From Candidatus Binatia bacterium (lineage in GTDB: Bacteria > Desulfobacterota > Binatia > HRBIN30 > BPIQ01), in assembly GCA_026004195.1 (NCBI GenBank), contig BPIQ01000001.1:653871-717870 (forward strand): a DNA stretch of 64,000 bases, read 5' to 3'. Below are positions 48,999 through 59,173 of this stretch, piece after piece. Made by a program: the position numbers and the translations under genes. The notes under the pieces are model-generated. The model did no database searches. It was given only the letters and a program-made list of their open reading frames with translations, and was not told the origin of the DNA. How positions within the stretch are numbered: position 1 is the stretch's first letter; every line of letters begins with the position of its first letter.

Positions 48999-49463
48999 GT
49001 GTTGGGAGAGAACGGGAGCGTGGAGGGAGAAAAAACCGAACGGGGCTTCAAAGTCGAAGATCGCCGGCGTTTTACGGCGGACGGCCGGCCTCGGGAAGAG
49101 GTCTCTTCGACGGAAGAGCCCGCTCCCGGGACGAGCGAGGGTACCGAACCTCGCCCGGAACATCGCGGCGAAGAGTCCGGGGGAACTCGGGTCTTCGGGG
49201 AGGGTTCCCGACCGTCGGAAATCACCTTCCAGAACTTCATCGTGAGCTTGAGCACCCAGGCGCTCGTGCTGCTGGGGGAAATGGAGGACCCGGTGCAGGG
49301 AGGGAGCAAACCCGACCTCGAAGGAGCCAAACAACTGATCGACATCCTGGCGATGCTGCAGAAGAAGACCGCCGGGAACCTCGACGAGGGCGAGTCGAGG
49401 CTTCTCGACGACATGCTCTACAACCTGCGCATGCAATTCGTGAAGCGGGTCAGCGGCGGCTGA
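48999..49463 (+). CDS. DUF1844-domain protein
   Basis: FQNFIVSLSTQALVLLGE...AKQLIDILAMLQKKTAGNL is the DUF1844 core. The start codon (GTG) is uncertain. Confidence 0.6.
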   Translation: MLGENGSVEGEKTERGFKVEDRRRFTADGRPREEVSSTEEPAPGTSEGTEPRPEHRGEESGGTRVFGEGSRPSEITFQNFIVSLSTQALVLLGEMEDPVQGGSKPDLEGAKQLIDILAMLQKKTAGNLDEGESRLLDDMLYNLRMQFVKRVSGG

Positions 49464-49489
49464 ACGCTTCTCCTACGCTCGGAGGAATC

Positions 49490-50980
49490 ATGGGTCAGGC
49501 AAAGGTGAAGGCGCACGGGGCGCGTGTCGCGCTCGCACTCTTGCTCGTCGTGGCACTGGGCGTTCCCGGCGCCGGCGCGATCAGCTTCTGGTCGGAAAAA
49601 AAAGAGGAGCCCGAAGTCTCCCGAGAGGAGGGCGGGGGTACGGCCGAGCGACCCCGGGTCGCCTTGCCGGACTTCACGGTGCTGGCCGAGAAGCTCGGTC
49701 CCGCGGTCGTGAACATCTCGACCACCTCGAAAGCCACCGCGTTCGGCTCTTCGGAGTCGCCGTTCGGCCCCGAGGATCCCTTCCACGAGTTCTGGAAGAG
49801 GTTCGAGCCTTTCTTCGGCCCGTTCCCCCCGAGACCCGTCCCGCAGAAGAGCCTCGGCTCGGGTTTCCTGATCAATCGGGACGGCTACATCCTGACGAAC
49901 AACCACGTGATCGAAGACGCCGAGGAAATCACGGTGCGGCTCAACGACGAAACCGAGTACGCGGCCAGAATCGTGGGACGCGACCCGAAAACGGACATCG
50001 CCGTGATTCGCATCGAGGGGAACTTCGACATCGAGCCGGTCGTGATGGGCGACTCCGACGCGCTCAAGGTCGGCGAGTGGGTCATGGCCATCGGCAATCC
50101 CTTCGGCCTCGACCACACCGTGACGGTCGGGATCGTGAGCGCGAAGGGACGTTTCATCGGGCAGGGAAGTTACGACAACTTCATCCAGACGGATGCCGCC
50201 ATCAATCCGGGGAACTCCGGCGGGCCGCTCATCAACCTCGAGGGGAAAGTCGTCGGCATCAACACGGCGATTTTCAGCCGGACCGGAGGCAACATCGGAA
50301 TCGGCTTCGCGATTCCGATCAACCTCGCCAAGGACATTCTCCCCGACCTCATCGAAAAGGGGAAAGTCACTCGTGGCTGGCTAGGGGTCCTGATCCAGAA
50401 GGTGACGCCGGACATCGCCGAGTCGCTCGGACTCGAAGAGCCCAGGGGCGCTCTGGTGGCGGACGTCCTCGAGGGCCCGGCCCGGGAAGCCGGCATCAAG
50501 GTGGGGGACGTGATCGTCGAGTTCGACGGTCACGCCATCCGAGAATCCAGCGACCTGCCCTTGCTCGTCGCGAGAACCCGCCCCGGCAAAAAGGTCAAGG
50601 TCAAGGTCATCCGGGACGGGAAGCCCCGCACTCTCGAGGTCACGATCGCCGAGATGAAGGAGGAGGAAGTCGAAGTCGCGACGACGGAAACCGAGGACAT
50701 CGGGCTCACCGTACAGACTCTCACCCCCGACCTGGCCGAAAGCCTGGGTATCGAGAGGACCCTCAAGGGGGTCCTCGTGACCGGAGTCGAGCCGGGGAGC
50801 CCGGCGGACCGCGCGGGCTTGCGAAGGGCGGACGTGATCCTGGAAGTGGACCGCGAACCGGTCGAAGACGCCGACACGTTCCGCAAAGTCCTGCGTGCCA
50901 AGAAGACGCAGAAGAGCATCCTCCTCTGGGTACGGCGGGGAGAAAACACGATCTTCCTTGCCCTCAAACCGAAGAGATAG
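49490..50980 (+). CDS. DegP/HtrA-family periplasmic serine endoprotease with two PDZ domains
   Basis: Signal peptide, then catalytic triad context (TNNHV, D, GNSGGPL) and two PDZ domains. Confidence 0.9.
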   Translation: MGQAKVKAHGARVALALLLVVALGVPGAGAISFWSEKKEEPEVSREEGGGTAERPRVALPDFTVLAEKLGPAVVNISTTSKATAFGSSESPFGPEDPFHEFWKRFEPFFGPFPPRPVPQKSLGSGFLINRDGYILTNNHVIEDAEEITVRLNDETEYAARIVGRDPKTDIAVIRIEGNFDIEPVVMGDSDALKVGEWVMAIGNPFGLDHTVTVGIVSAKGRFIGQGSYDNFIQTDAAINPGNSGGPLINLEGKVVGINTAIFSRTGGNIGIGFAIPINLAKDILPDLIEKGKVTRGWLGVLIQKVTPDIAESLGLEEPRGALVADVLEGPAREAGIKVGDVIVEFDGHAIRESSDLPLLVARTRPGKKVKVKVIRDGKPRTLEVTIAEMKEEEVEVATTETEDIGLTVQTLTPDLAESLGIERTLKGVLVTGVEPGSPADRAGLRRADVILEVDREPVEDADTFRKVLRAKKTQKSILLWVRRGENTIFLALKPKR

Positions 50981-53270
50981 GCGGAAGAAAAACTCCCGGC
51001 GCCTGCAGGCCTGGTTCAGCCTTTTCGCGCTCGCGGGGACTCTCGTCCTGTTCGGTGCGGGCGCGATCGCGGTCTACGCGGTCTCGCTCGACCGGGTCCT
51101 GGTCGAGAAGTTTTCCGGGCGCAGGTGGGACTTTCCCTCGAAGATCTACTCCGACTCGACGCTCCTCTACCCCGGCGTGAATCTCCGGGCTCTCGGGCTC
51201 GAACGCAGGCTCGAGCGGCTCGGCTACAGAGAAGTCGGGGAGAGGGTTTCGCGCCCCGGGCAGTACCGTCGCTCCGCGGAGCGACTGGAAATCTACCTAC
51301 GCCCCTTTCCCTATGCCGCGGGCCCCAGTCCGGCCCGAGCCGTCTCGGTGCACACGAAGGGAGGGCGAGTCGTCCGAATCGAGGACGCCGTGACCGGTGC
51401 GGAGCTACCGTCCCTGGAACTCGAGCCCGAGCTGGTCGCGGGCCTCTACCAGGACGTGTGGGAACAGCGGCGGTTTTTGCCCCTGGAGAAGATTCCCGCC
51501 CTCCTGGTCCACGCGGTCCTGGCCGTCGAGGACCAGCGTTTTTTCGAGCACCACGGAATCGACCCGCTCGGCATCGCCCGCGCTTTCTGGACGAACCTCG
51601 CTTCCGGCAGGATCGTGCAGGGAGGGTCCACCCTCACGCAGCAACTCGTGAAGAACTTCTTTTTCGGGAGCGAACGCAGCTTCCGCAGGAAGTTCCGCGA
51701 AGCCCTCATGGCGTTGCTGGCCGAGCGTCGGTATTCGAAACGCAAGATCCTCGAAACGTACCTGAACGAGATCTACTGGGGGCAGAACGGACCGCAGGGG
51801 ATCTTCGGCGTGTGGGAGGCGTCCCGCTTCTACTTCCGGAAAGAACCGTCGGAACTCTCCTTGCCGGAAGCCGCGCTCCTGGCGGGTCTCATCCGAGCTC
51901 CCAACGCCTATTCTCCCTTTCGCAACCCGGAACGGGCACGCGCACGGCGGAACCACGTCCTTCGCCTGATGCACCGCCGGGGCATCCTCACGAAGGCACA
52001 ACTCCGGGAAGCCGAAGCCGCGCCCCTGGGTGTCGTGCCTCCACCCGAGGAACGCCCCGACGCTCCCTACTTCGTCGATTTCCTGCGCCGGGAGCTGCTG
52101 CGGAACTACCCCGAAGAGACGCTCGTCCGCGACGGCCTCTGGATCCTGAGCACGCTCGACGTCGAAATGCAAAAGGCCGCCGAGCGAGCCGTCCGGGAGG
52201 GTCTCGAGGAACTCGAGCGGCGATACCCTCGCCTGGCGAAGAGCGGGGCGCCACTCGAGGCCTGTCTCGTGGCCCTTCGCCCCCAGACCGGAGAAATCAA
52301 GGCGATGATGGGGGGGCGGGACTACCGACAGACGCAGTTCAACCGGGTCACCCAGGCCCGGAGGCAGCCGGGATCCGTCTTCAAGCCCTTCGTGTATCTC
52401 GCCGCACTCGATCACGCCCCGGGTCGCAGCGCCGTGCGCCCGACGACGCTCCTGCTCGACGAGCCGTTCACCTGGGAGTACGACGGCCGGCGATGGTCGC
52501 CGGAGAACTACCGCAGCGTTTTCTTCGGGCCCGTGACCGTCCGTACGGCGCTCGAGCGGTCGCTCAACGCCGCCACGGCCCGTCTCGCGCGCGAGACGGG
52601 GCTCGAGCGGATCCGTTCGGTGGCCCGCAGGATGGGAATCGAAAGTCCGCTGCCGCTGTACCCGGCCATGGTTCTCGGGGCCGTCGACGTCACCCCTCTC
52701 GAAGTCGCCACGGCTTACGCCGCTCTCGCGAACCAGGGCTTGCGGGCCACCCCTTTCGCCGTCCGCGCGGTCCTCGACCCGTCCGGGAAGCTCGTCGAAC
52801 GGCGGCCGGTGGAGATTCACCAGGCCGTGCGACCCGAGGTCGCCTATCTCGTCACCCATATCCTCGAAGGGGTCCTCGACCGTGGTACGGGCGCGGACGT
52901 CCGCCGACTCGGTTTCCTGGAACCGGCGGCCGGGAAGACCGGGACCACGAACGACTACCGGGACGCGTGGTTCGCCGGTTTCACCCCGGACCTGGTCGCG
53001 GTGGTCTGGGTGGGCTTCGACGACAACCGTCCCGTGGGCCTCACCGGAGCACAGGCTGCGCTCCCGATCTGGGTGCGCTTCATGAAGGAGGCCACTGCGG
53101 CGTACCCGAGCCGTCCGTTCCAGCCACCTCCCGGCGTTCGTCTCGTTCGGATCGACCCCGAAAGCGGAAAACTCGCCACCGAACGCTGCCCGCGATCCAT
53201 CGAGGAGGCATTTCTCGAAGGAGAAGAGCCCGTCGAGCCCTGCCCTCTCCACCGCGACGTGTTATTCTGA
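50895..53270 (+). CDS. class A penicillin-binding protein (transglycosylase + transpeptidase)
   Basis: GT51 motifs (EDQRFFEHHGID, GGSTLTQQLVKN) and transpeptidase motifs (SVFKP, SLN, KTGTT). The only in-frame ATG is 86 bp inside the degP 3' end. Confidence 0.8.
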   Translation: MPRRRRRASSSGYGGEKTRSSLPSNRRDRRKKNSRRLQAWFSLFALAGTLVLFGAGAIAVYAVSLDRVLVEKFSGRRWDFPSKIYSDSTLLYPGVNLRALGLERRLERLGYREVGERVSRPGQYRRSAERLEIYLRPFPYAAGPSPARAVSVHTKGGRVVRIEDAVTGAELPSLELEPELVAGLYQDVWEQRRFLPLEKIPALLVHAVLAVEDQRFFEHHGIDPLGIARAFWTNLASGRIVQGGSTLTQQLVKNFFFGSERSFRRKFREALMALLAERRYSKRKILETYLNEIYWGQNGPQGIFGVWEASRFYFRKEPSELSLPEAALLAGLIRAPNAYSPFRNPERARARRNHVLRLMHRRGILTKAQLREAEAAPLGVVPPPEERPDAPYFVDFLRRELLRNYPEETLVRDGLWILSTLDVEMQKAAERAVREGLEELERRYPRLAKSGAPLEACLVALRPQTGEIKAMMGGRDYRQTQFNRVTQARRQPGSVFKPFVYLAALDHAPGRSAVRPTTLLLDEPFTWEYDGRRWSPENYRSVFFGPVTVRTALERSLNAATARLARETGLERIRSVARRMGIESPLPLYPAMVLGAVDVTPLEVATAYAALANQGLRATPFAVRAVLDPSGKLVERRPVEIHQAVRPEVAYLVTHILEGVLDRGTGADVRRLGFLEPAAGKTGTTNDYRDAWFAGFTPDLVAVVWVGFDDNRPVGLTGAQAALPIWVRFMKEATAAYPSRPFQPPPGVRLVRIDPESGKLATERCPRSIEEAFLEGEEPVEPCPLHRDVLF

Positions 53271-53813
53271 GTGCCGATGCCCAAACCGACGACGTGGCAG
53301 GTAGTCTTCCTGCTCCCGCTCGGAGCTTGCCTCGCTTCGCCTCCGAAGCCCGCCCCACCCCTTGCTCGCGCCGCGGAGCCGGAATCGGATTTGCCGCCCC
53401 CGACCCGGATCGTGCCCGCGGGGGGACCGCAACTCGCGGCCTCTCCCGCGCAGGCGTTCGTCGAACAAGGGCGCGAGGCATTCGAAGCCGGCCGGTTCGA
53501 CCTGGCTCTCGACCGGCTGGAGACCGCCGTGCGGATCGACCCGACCAACGCGGAAGCGTACTACTGGCTCGCACGGCTCCACTACCGGAGGGGCCGTCCG
53601 GACCAGGCGGTCGCTTTCGCCCGGAAGGCCGCCCTGCTTTTCTCCCGTGTCGATCTTTCCTGGGCTTCCCGCGCGTATGCTTTCGAGGGGGCCGTCCTCG
53701 AAGAACTCGGGGAGGTTTCCGCGGCAAGAGACGCCTACGGGAAAGCCCTGGAGAACGACCCTGGAAACCCTGCTGCCCGAGCGGGCCTTGCGCGGCTCGG
53801 CCTTTTTCGGTGA
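53271..53813 (+). CDS. TPR-repeat lipoprotein
   Basis: LPLGAC lipobox, then TPR repeats (AEAYYWLARLHYRRG...). Start is GTG 53271 or ATG 53277. Confidence 0.6.
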   Translation: MPMPKPTTWQVVFLLPLGACLASPPKPAPPLARAAEPESDLPPPTRIVPAGGPQLAASPAQAFVEQGREAFEAGRFDLALDRLETAVRIDPTNAEAYYWLARLHYRRGRPDQAVAFARKAALLFSRVDLSWASRAYAFEGAVLEELGEVSAARDAYGKALENDPGNPAARAGLARLGLFR

Positions 53814-53823
53814 GTTCGAAACG

Positions 53824-54825
53824 ATGAAAATCCTCGCCATCGAAAGCTCGTGCGACGACACGGCAGCGGCTGTCCTGGACGGGGAGCGGGTCCTCTCCAC
53901 GATCGTGTCCTCCCAGGATCCCGTCCACGCCCGATACGGCGGCGTCGTGCCGGAGCTGGCCTCGCGCTCGCACATCCGGTCGATCGTCCCGGTGGTTCGC
54001 CGCGCCCTCGAAGAAGCGGCCCTGGAGCTCGGGGAAGTGGACGCCGTCGCGGCCACCTACGGTCCGGGTCTCGTGGGCTCCCTCCTCGTCGGTCTTTCGG
54101 CCGCCAAGGCCATCGCGCTGAGCCGCGGGCTTCGGTTTCTCGGCGTGAACCACCTCGAGGGCCACGTACTCTCTCCCCGTCTCGAGCAAGACGTGCCCTT
54201 TCCGTACCTGGCTCTCCTCGTCTCCGGAGGCCACACGAGCCTCTGCCTGGTCGAAGATGTCGGGCGGTACCGGGTGCTCGGCCAGACCCGAGACGACGCC
54301 GCCGGCGAGGCGTTCGACAAGGCCGCCAAGATTCTCGGGCTCGGCTATCCCGGAGGCAGGGTCATCGACAACCTGGCCGCCCGCGGGGATCCCACGACGG
54401 TCCGCCTGCCCCGCGCCCGGTTGAAAAGCGGGTCTTCCGAACCGTGCTTCGACTTCAGCTTCAGCGGACTCAAGACGGCGCTCTGGCAGTGCGTGCGAAA
54501 CCGGGACCCGAGGGAAATCGGCATCGAGAACCTCGCCGCGTCGTTCCAGGAAGCGGTCGTCGACATGCTGCTCGAGCCGACCGTCGCGGCGATCACGAAA
54601 TTCCGGTGCCGGCGACTGGTGCTGGCCGGGGGAGTGGCTGCCAACTCCCGGCTGCGCGCGAGGGCCCGAGAAGAAGCCTCGCGCCTCGGCGTGGACCTTT
54701 TCCTCACCCCCCTTCGGTACTGCACCGACAACGCCGCGATGATCGGGCTCGCGGCTTTCTACCGGCTCCGGCGGGGGGAACGTTCGCCTTGGACGCTCAA
54801 TGCGGAACCGAACCTCGCCCTGTGA
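53824..54825 (+). CDS. tsaD: tRNA N6-adenosine threonylcarbamoyltransferase
   Basis: MKILAIESSCDDTAAAV...GVNHLEGH, the Kae1/TsaD family. Confidence 0.9.
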   Translation: MKILAIESSCDDTAAAVLDGERVLSTIVSSQDPVHARYGGVVPELASRSHIRSIVPVVRRALEEAALELGEVDAVAATYGPGLVGSLLVGLSAAKAIALSRGLRFLGVNHLEGHVLSPRLEQDVPFPYLALLVSGGHTSLCLVEDVGRYRVLGQTRDDAAGEAFDKAAKILGLGYPGGRVIDNLAARGDPTTVRLPRARLKSGSSEPCFDFSFSGLKTALWQCVRNRDPREIGIENLAASFQEAVVDMLLEPTVAAITKFRCRRLVLAGGVAANSRLRARAREEASRLGVDLFLTPLRYCTDNAAMIGLAAFYRLRRGERSPWTLNAEPNLAL

Positions 54826-55628
54826 GAACGCGCCGCCACCGGCCGCGGCTCGGCCAGCACTTCCTCGCGGATCGGGTGCTCGCCCGCAGGATCGCGGAGC
54901 TCGCGCTCGAGGAACCGTCGGAGTTCTACGTCGAGGTCGGACCCGGCCTCGGTGCCCTGACCGAGCACCTCGTTCCCCGCGTCCCCAGGATCCTTCTGCT
55001 CGAGATCGATCCTAGCCTGGTTCGCGCGCTCCGGGATCGCTACGGATCGATGCCCCACGTGGAGGTCCGCGAAGCCGACGCCTCGGAGTTCGACTGGAAA
55101 TCCTCGACCGCCTCCGTCTCCAGCGTCACGGTGGTCGGAAACCTGCCCTACCGCGTGGGCACCAGGATCGTGACCGACGTTCTGGGGCAGGTCGACAAGC
55201 TCCGCACGGCGGTTTTCATGCTGCAGCGAGAGGTGGCGGAACGGCTCGTGGCGGAGCCCGGGAGCCGCGATTACGGGAGCCTCAGCGTCCTCGCACGACT
55301 CCGGCACGACCTCCGGATCGCCCTGCGCGTGCGTCCGGGCGCCTTCCGGCCCCCGCCGAAGGTACATTCGGCCGTCGTGGTCGCAAGGCGGCTCTCCCGG
55401 CCCCGCGTCGAGGTGCCCGACGTCGCCGCGTTCGAAGGCCTCGTGCGGGCGCTGTTCCGCGGACGTCGGAAGCAGCTACGCAACGTCGCTTCCTCGATCT
55501 GGCAGGACGCCGAAGCCGTGTTGCGCCGCGCCGGGATCGATCCGAGCCGCAGGGCCGAAACCCTGAGCCTCGAGGAGTTCGCGCGTCTCGCGCATCTCGG
55601 ACGTCATGCCCGAGCTGCCCGAAGTTGA
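54822..55628 (+). CDS. rsmA: 16S rRNA (adenine1518/1519-N6)-dimethyltransferase
   Basis: Its GTG overlaps the tsaD stop. LGQHFL...EVGPGLGALT...NLPY motifs. Confidence 0.85.
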   Translation: MRTRRHRPRLGQHFLADRVLARRIAELALEEPSEFYVEVGPGLGALTEHLVPRVPRILLLEIDPSLVRALRDRYGSMPHVEVREADASEFDWKSSTASVSSVTVVGNLPYRVGTRIVTDVLGQVDKLRTAVFMLQREVAERLVAEPGSRDYGSLSVLARLRHDLRIALRVRPGAFRPPPKVHSAVVVARRLSRPRVEVPDVAAFEGLVRALFRGRRKQLRNVASSIWQDAEAVLRRAGIDPSRRAETLSLEEFARLAHLGRHARAARS

Positions 55629-56409
55629 GACCATCCGCCGACAGCTCGCCCGACGAGTCCTGCGAACCACCCTCGAGCGTGTCGAGGTTTTCGAGACCCG
55701 GCTGCGGCGCCGGGTTCCGGCGAGGAGGCTCCACGGCCTCGAGGGCCGGATGCTCGCGGCGTTGGAACGGTACGGCAAGTACCTGCTTTTCCACTTCGCC
55801 CCGGACGGCCCGACGCTCTTTTTCCACCTCGGGATGACGGGACGCCTCCTCTGCGACGGCACTCCACCCCCGCACACCCACCTGCGGCTGCGGTTTTCGC
55901 GCTCCGTCGTCCTCTACGCCGACGCGCGCCGATTCGGTATCCTGGGCCTGTCCTCGCGAAGGTTTCCCGAAGAGCTTTCCCGGTTGGGCCCGGACGCCCT
56001 CTCCGAGACTTTCTCCCCCTCCTACCTGGCAGCCCGCTCCCGGGGAAGGAAGCGCGCCATCCACAGCCTGCTTCTCGACCAGCGGGAAGTCGCCGGGATC
56101 GGCAACATCTATGCCTCGGAAATCCTCCACGTAGCGGGTATCCGGCCGTATCGGCCCGCGGGCTCTCTCGAGCCCCGGCACTTCCGACACCTCGTCGGCG
56201 CCACGCGCGCGGTTCTCCGCGAAGCGATCCGGCACCGGGGCACGTCGATTTCCGACTATCGCGACGTGGCCGGCAGGCCGGGCCGCTACCAGCACCGGCT
56301 GCGCGTATACGGGCGCGCCAGCATGCCCTGCCCGGCCTGCGGCGAACCCCTCCGCTCCTCCCGGATCGCCGGTCGCACCTCGTTTTTCTGCGAGCGGTGT
56401 CAGGTTTGA
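55606..56409 (+). CDS. mutM: formamidopyrimidine-DNA glycosylase
   Basis: MPELPEVE N-terminus, H2TH region and a C-terminal CxxC...CxxC zinc finger. Confidence 0.9.
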   Translation: MPELPEVETIRRQLARRVLRTTLERVEVFETRLRRRVPARRLHGLEGRMLAALERYGKYLLFHFAPDGPTLFFHLGMTGRLLCDGTPPPHTHLRLRFSRSVVLYADARRFGILGLSSRRFPEELSRLGPDALSETFSPSYLAARSRGRKRAIHSLLLDQREVAGIGNIYASEILHVAGIRPYRPAGSLEPRHFRHLVGATRAVLREAIRHRGTSISDYRDVAGRPGRYQHRLRVYGRASMPCPACGEPLRSSRIAGRTSFFCERCQV

Positions 56410-57326
56410 GCCATTCGCCACCAGGCTTCGGCCTCGTCCAGGACCCGCTCTTCCGGGAGTCCGTGGCGGCAGAGGACGCGGCAACCGCAGGTTCCGTCAC
56501 GCCGCGCCACGACCGTGCGAAAAAGCGGGGAACGCGGAGACCACGAGGGAAAGGACTCCTCGGGAAAGAGCGCCAGCCCCCGGCACCCGGCGGCGGCCGC
56601 GAGGTGCGTGATCCCCGAGTCGTTTCCGGCATAGAAGCTCGCACGCTCGAGAAGAGCGACGACCCTCGGAAGTTCCTGCCGGAAAAGAACGGCCCCTTCG
56701 GGAAAGTAGAGTCCATCTTCCGCCGGCCCTACCAGCCACACCACCGCGCCGCCTTTCGCTTCCCACCAGCGGGCGAGCGCCGGAAAACCTTCCCAGTTCT
56801 TTCTCTTCGAACCGCTGCCCGGATGGAGTGCCAGAAGAGGTTTGCCACCGAGTTTCTGCCGGTCGAGCCAACCTGCCACCCACCGCCGCTCCTCCTCGCG
56901 GGGCGAAAGGAAAACCGGTTTCGGTTCCACACCGAGACACCGGGCATAGTAGTCGACGGCGTGCTCTCCCGCGGCGAACGCGCGGAACGAGTAGACGCGA
57001 GCCCGGCGGCGCCCTCCGGATTCCGAAAGGCAGCGCAGGAAATCCGCGTCACCCCGACCGCTCCACGAGTGGACTTCGTCCACTCCCTCCAGCAGCTTCC
57101 GGGGCACCCACGGAGGCTCCGGGGAGTAGAGCTCCGCCACCTCGCGCGAGTCGAGATCGTGCGTTTCGATCGCCTCGTCGCGCAACAGGGAGAGCCACTC
57201 CGATCGAGCGACCAGCAGGATCTCGGCGTCCGGCCGCTTCTCTCGGAAGCCGAGGAGGGCCGGCAAGAAACACAGAAAGTCGCCGAGGGCTCCGGGGTAG
57301 AGAAAGAGAACCCGCCTCCCCCGCAC
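56400..57326 (-). CDS. family-9 glycosyltransferase (heptosyltransferase-like)
   Basis: GTG chosen to give MRGRRVLFLYPGALGDFL, a canonical GT9 N-terminus. The ATG 72 bp further upstream would overlap the cysK start codon on the opposite strand. Confidence 0.7.
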   Translation of the reverse strand: MRGRRVLFLYPGALGDFLCFLPALLGFREKRPDAEILLVARSEWLSLLRDEAIETHDLDSREVAELYSPEPPWVPRKLLEGVDEVHSWSGRGDADFLRCLSESGGRRRARVYSFRAFAAGEHAVDYYARCLGVEPKPVFLSPREEERRWVAGWLDRQKLGGKPLLALHPGSGSKRKNWEGFPALARWWEAKGGAVVWLVGPAEDGLYFPEGAVLFRQELPRVVALLERASFYAGNDSGITHLAAAAGCRGLALFPEESFPSWSPRSPLFRTVVARRDGTCGCRVLCRHGLPEERVLDEAEAWWRMAQT

Positions 57327-57396
57327 CGCGTGCGTCCCACGATCCGAAATTGACACCGCAGGAACCCGCCGATAAGGTCTCCCGAGAAAGCTTCCC

Positions 57397-58329
57397 ATGC
57401 GCCCCTCCGTCGTGCAATCTCCCCTCGAGCTCATCGGTGAAACTCCCGTGGTTCGCCTGAACCGCCTCGTCGGGAAGGAGGACGCGGAGGTCTGGGGAAA
57501 GCTCGAGTCCATGAACCCGGGCGGGAGCGTGAAAGACCGCATCTGCCTCAACATGGTCGCGGTGGCCGAAGAGCAGGGACTTCTCCGTCCGGGTGACGTG
57601 ATCATCGAGCCCACGAGCGGAAACACGGGAATCGGGCTCGCCCTCGTGGCCGCGGTCCGGGGGTACCGCCTCGTCCTGACGATGCCGGATACGATGAGCG
57701 AGGAACGCCGCAGCCTGCTGGTCGCCTACGGCGCCGAGCTCGTGCTGACGCCGGACAACAAAGGCATGGGCGCGGCGATCGAGCGGGCCGAAGAGCTGCT
57801 CGAGGAACACCCGAACGCGTTCATGCCGCAGCAGTTCAGTAACCCTGCCAACCCCGACGCCCACAGAAAGACGACGGCGCGGGAACTCCTCGAGCAGTTC
57901 CCGAAAATCGACGCTTTCGTCGCCGGAGTCGGTACCGGCGGCACGATCACGGGCGTAGGGGAGGTGCTCAAGCAGACGTGGAAAGACATCCTGCTCGTGG
58001 CCGTCGAACCGGCAGCCTCCCCCGTACTCTCGGGGGGAGAGCCCGGATTCCATCGGATCCAGGGAATCGGCGCCGGTTTCGTGCCGGAAATTCTCAACAC
58101 GGAAATCTACGACGAAGTCATCACCGTGACGGACGAGGACGCCCTCGAGTACACGCGGCGGCTCGCCCGCGAAGAAGGGCTCCTCCTCGGCATTTCCTCC
58201 GGAGCCAACACGTACGCGGCGCTCCAAGTGGCGCGCCGGCTCGGACCGGGAAAGACCGTCGTCACGGTCTTCTGCGACACCGGCGAACGCTACCTTACGA
58301 CGGAGGTTTTTCGGGGTGAAGGAATCTGA
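57397..58329 (+). CDS. cysK: cysteine synthase A
   Basis: PLP-lysine motif (SVKDRI) and the TSGNTG loop. 310 aa. Confidence 0.9.
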   Translation: MRPSVVQSPLELIGETPVVRLNRLVGKEDAEVWGKLESMNPGGSVKDRICLNMVAVAEEQGLLRPGDVIIEPTSGNTGIGLALVAAVRGYRLVLTMPDTMSEERRSLLVAYGAELVLTPDNKGMGAAIERAEELLEEHPNAFMPQQFSNPANPDAHRKTTARELLEQFPKIDAFVAGVGTGGTITGVGEVLKQTWKDILLVAVEPAASPVLSGGEPGFHRIQGIGAGFVPEILNTEIYDEVITVTDEDALEYTRRLAREEGLLLGISSGANTYAALQVARRLGPGKTVVTVFCDTGERYLTTEVFRGEGI

Positions 58330-59173
58330 AACGCCGCAGGCGAAACTCGAGCGACTGCGTCTCTTGCTCGGACGGATGGACTCGGCCCTCCTCGCCTTTT
58401 CGGGCGGAGTGGACTCGAGCTTTCTCTTGCGCGTGGCGCGGGATGTCCTCGGCCCCCGGCTCGTGGCCCTCACGGTCCGGAGCCCGACCGCCGACCCTCG
58501 CGAGGCGCAGAGTGCGGTCTCGCTCGCCCGCGAACTCGGCGTGGAACACGTCTGCGTCGACTCGGACGAGCTCGCCATCCCTGGCTACGCCGAAAACCCC
58601 GTCGACCGGTGTTATTTCTGCAAGGGGAACCTTTTCGAGCTCTGCCACCGCGAAGCGAGCCGCCGGGGGATCTCGGCGATCCTCGACGGCGTGAACGTGG
58701 ACGACCTGGGCGACTACCGCCCGGGATTGCGGGCGGCGGACGAGCACCGCGTGCGACACCCGCTCGTCGAAGCGGGACTGCGCAAGCAGGACATCCGTGA
58801 ACTCAGCCGGGAGATGGGCCTTCCGACCTGGGACAAGCCCGCGAGCCCGTGTCTTTCGTCCCGCTTTCCCTACGGGACGCGCATCACGCGGGAGCGAATC
58901 GCGCAAGTCGCCGCCGCCGAGGAACACCTGCGCAGCCTCGGTTTTCGAGCCTGCCGCGTCCGCTACCACGAGGCGATCGCACGGATCGAAGTCCCGGTGA
59001 CGGATCTCGCGAGACTTTGCGACGAAGAGTTGCGCACGAGCGTCGTGCGACGGCTCCGGGAACTCGGCTTTACCTACGTGACCCTCGACCTCCAGGGACT
59101 CCGCAGCGGGAGCCTCAACGAGGTGCTCTTCGCAGACGCGAACGTGCCCAATCCAGGTCCTCGGGCGTCGTGA
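58316..59173 (+). CDS. LarE-like PP-loop ATP pyrophosphatase (TIGR00268 family)
   Basis: SGGVDSS PP-loop and a conserved DRCYFCK cysteine motif. It overlaps the cysK stop by 14 bp. Confidence 0.75.
   Translation: MKESETPQAKLERLRLLLGRMDSALLAFSGGVDSSFLLRVARDVLGPRLVALTVRSPTADPREAQSAVSLARELGVEHVCVDSDELAIPGYAENPVDRCYFCKGNLFELCHREASRRGISAILDGVNVDDLGDYRPGLRAADEHRVRHPLVEAGLRKQDIRELSREMGLPTWDKPASPCLSSRFPYGTRITRERIAQVAAAEEHLRSLGFRACRVRYHEAIARIEVPVTDLARLCDEELRTSVVRRLRELGFTYVTLDLQGLRSGSLNEVLFADANVPNPGPRAS

Noticed and set aside
53850-55628. 592-aa plus ORF
   Set aside because: It is a frame-spanning artefact. The real genes are tsaD (another frame) and rsmA (the C-terminal 268 aa of this frame).
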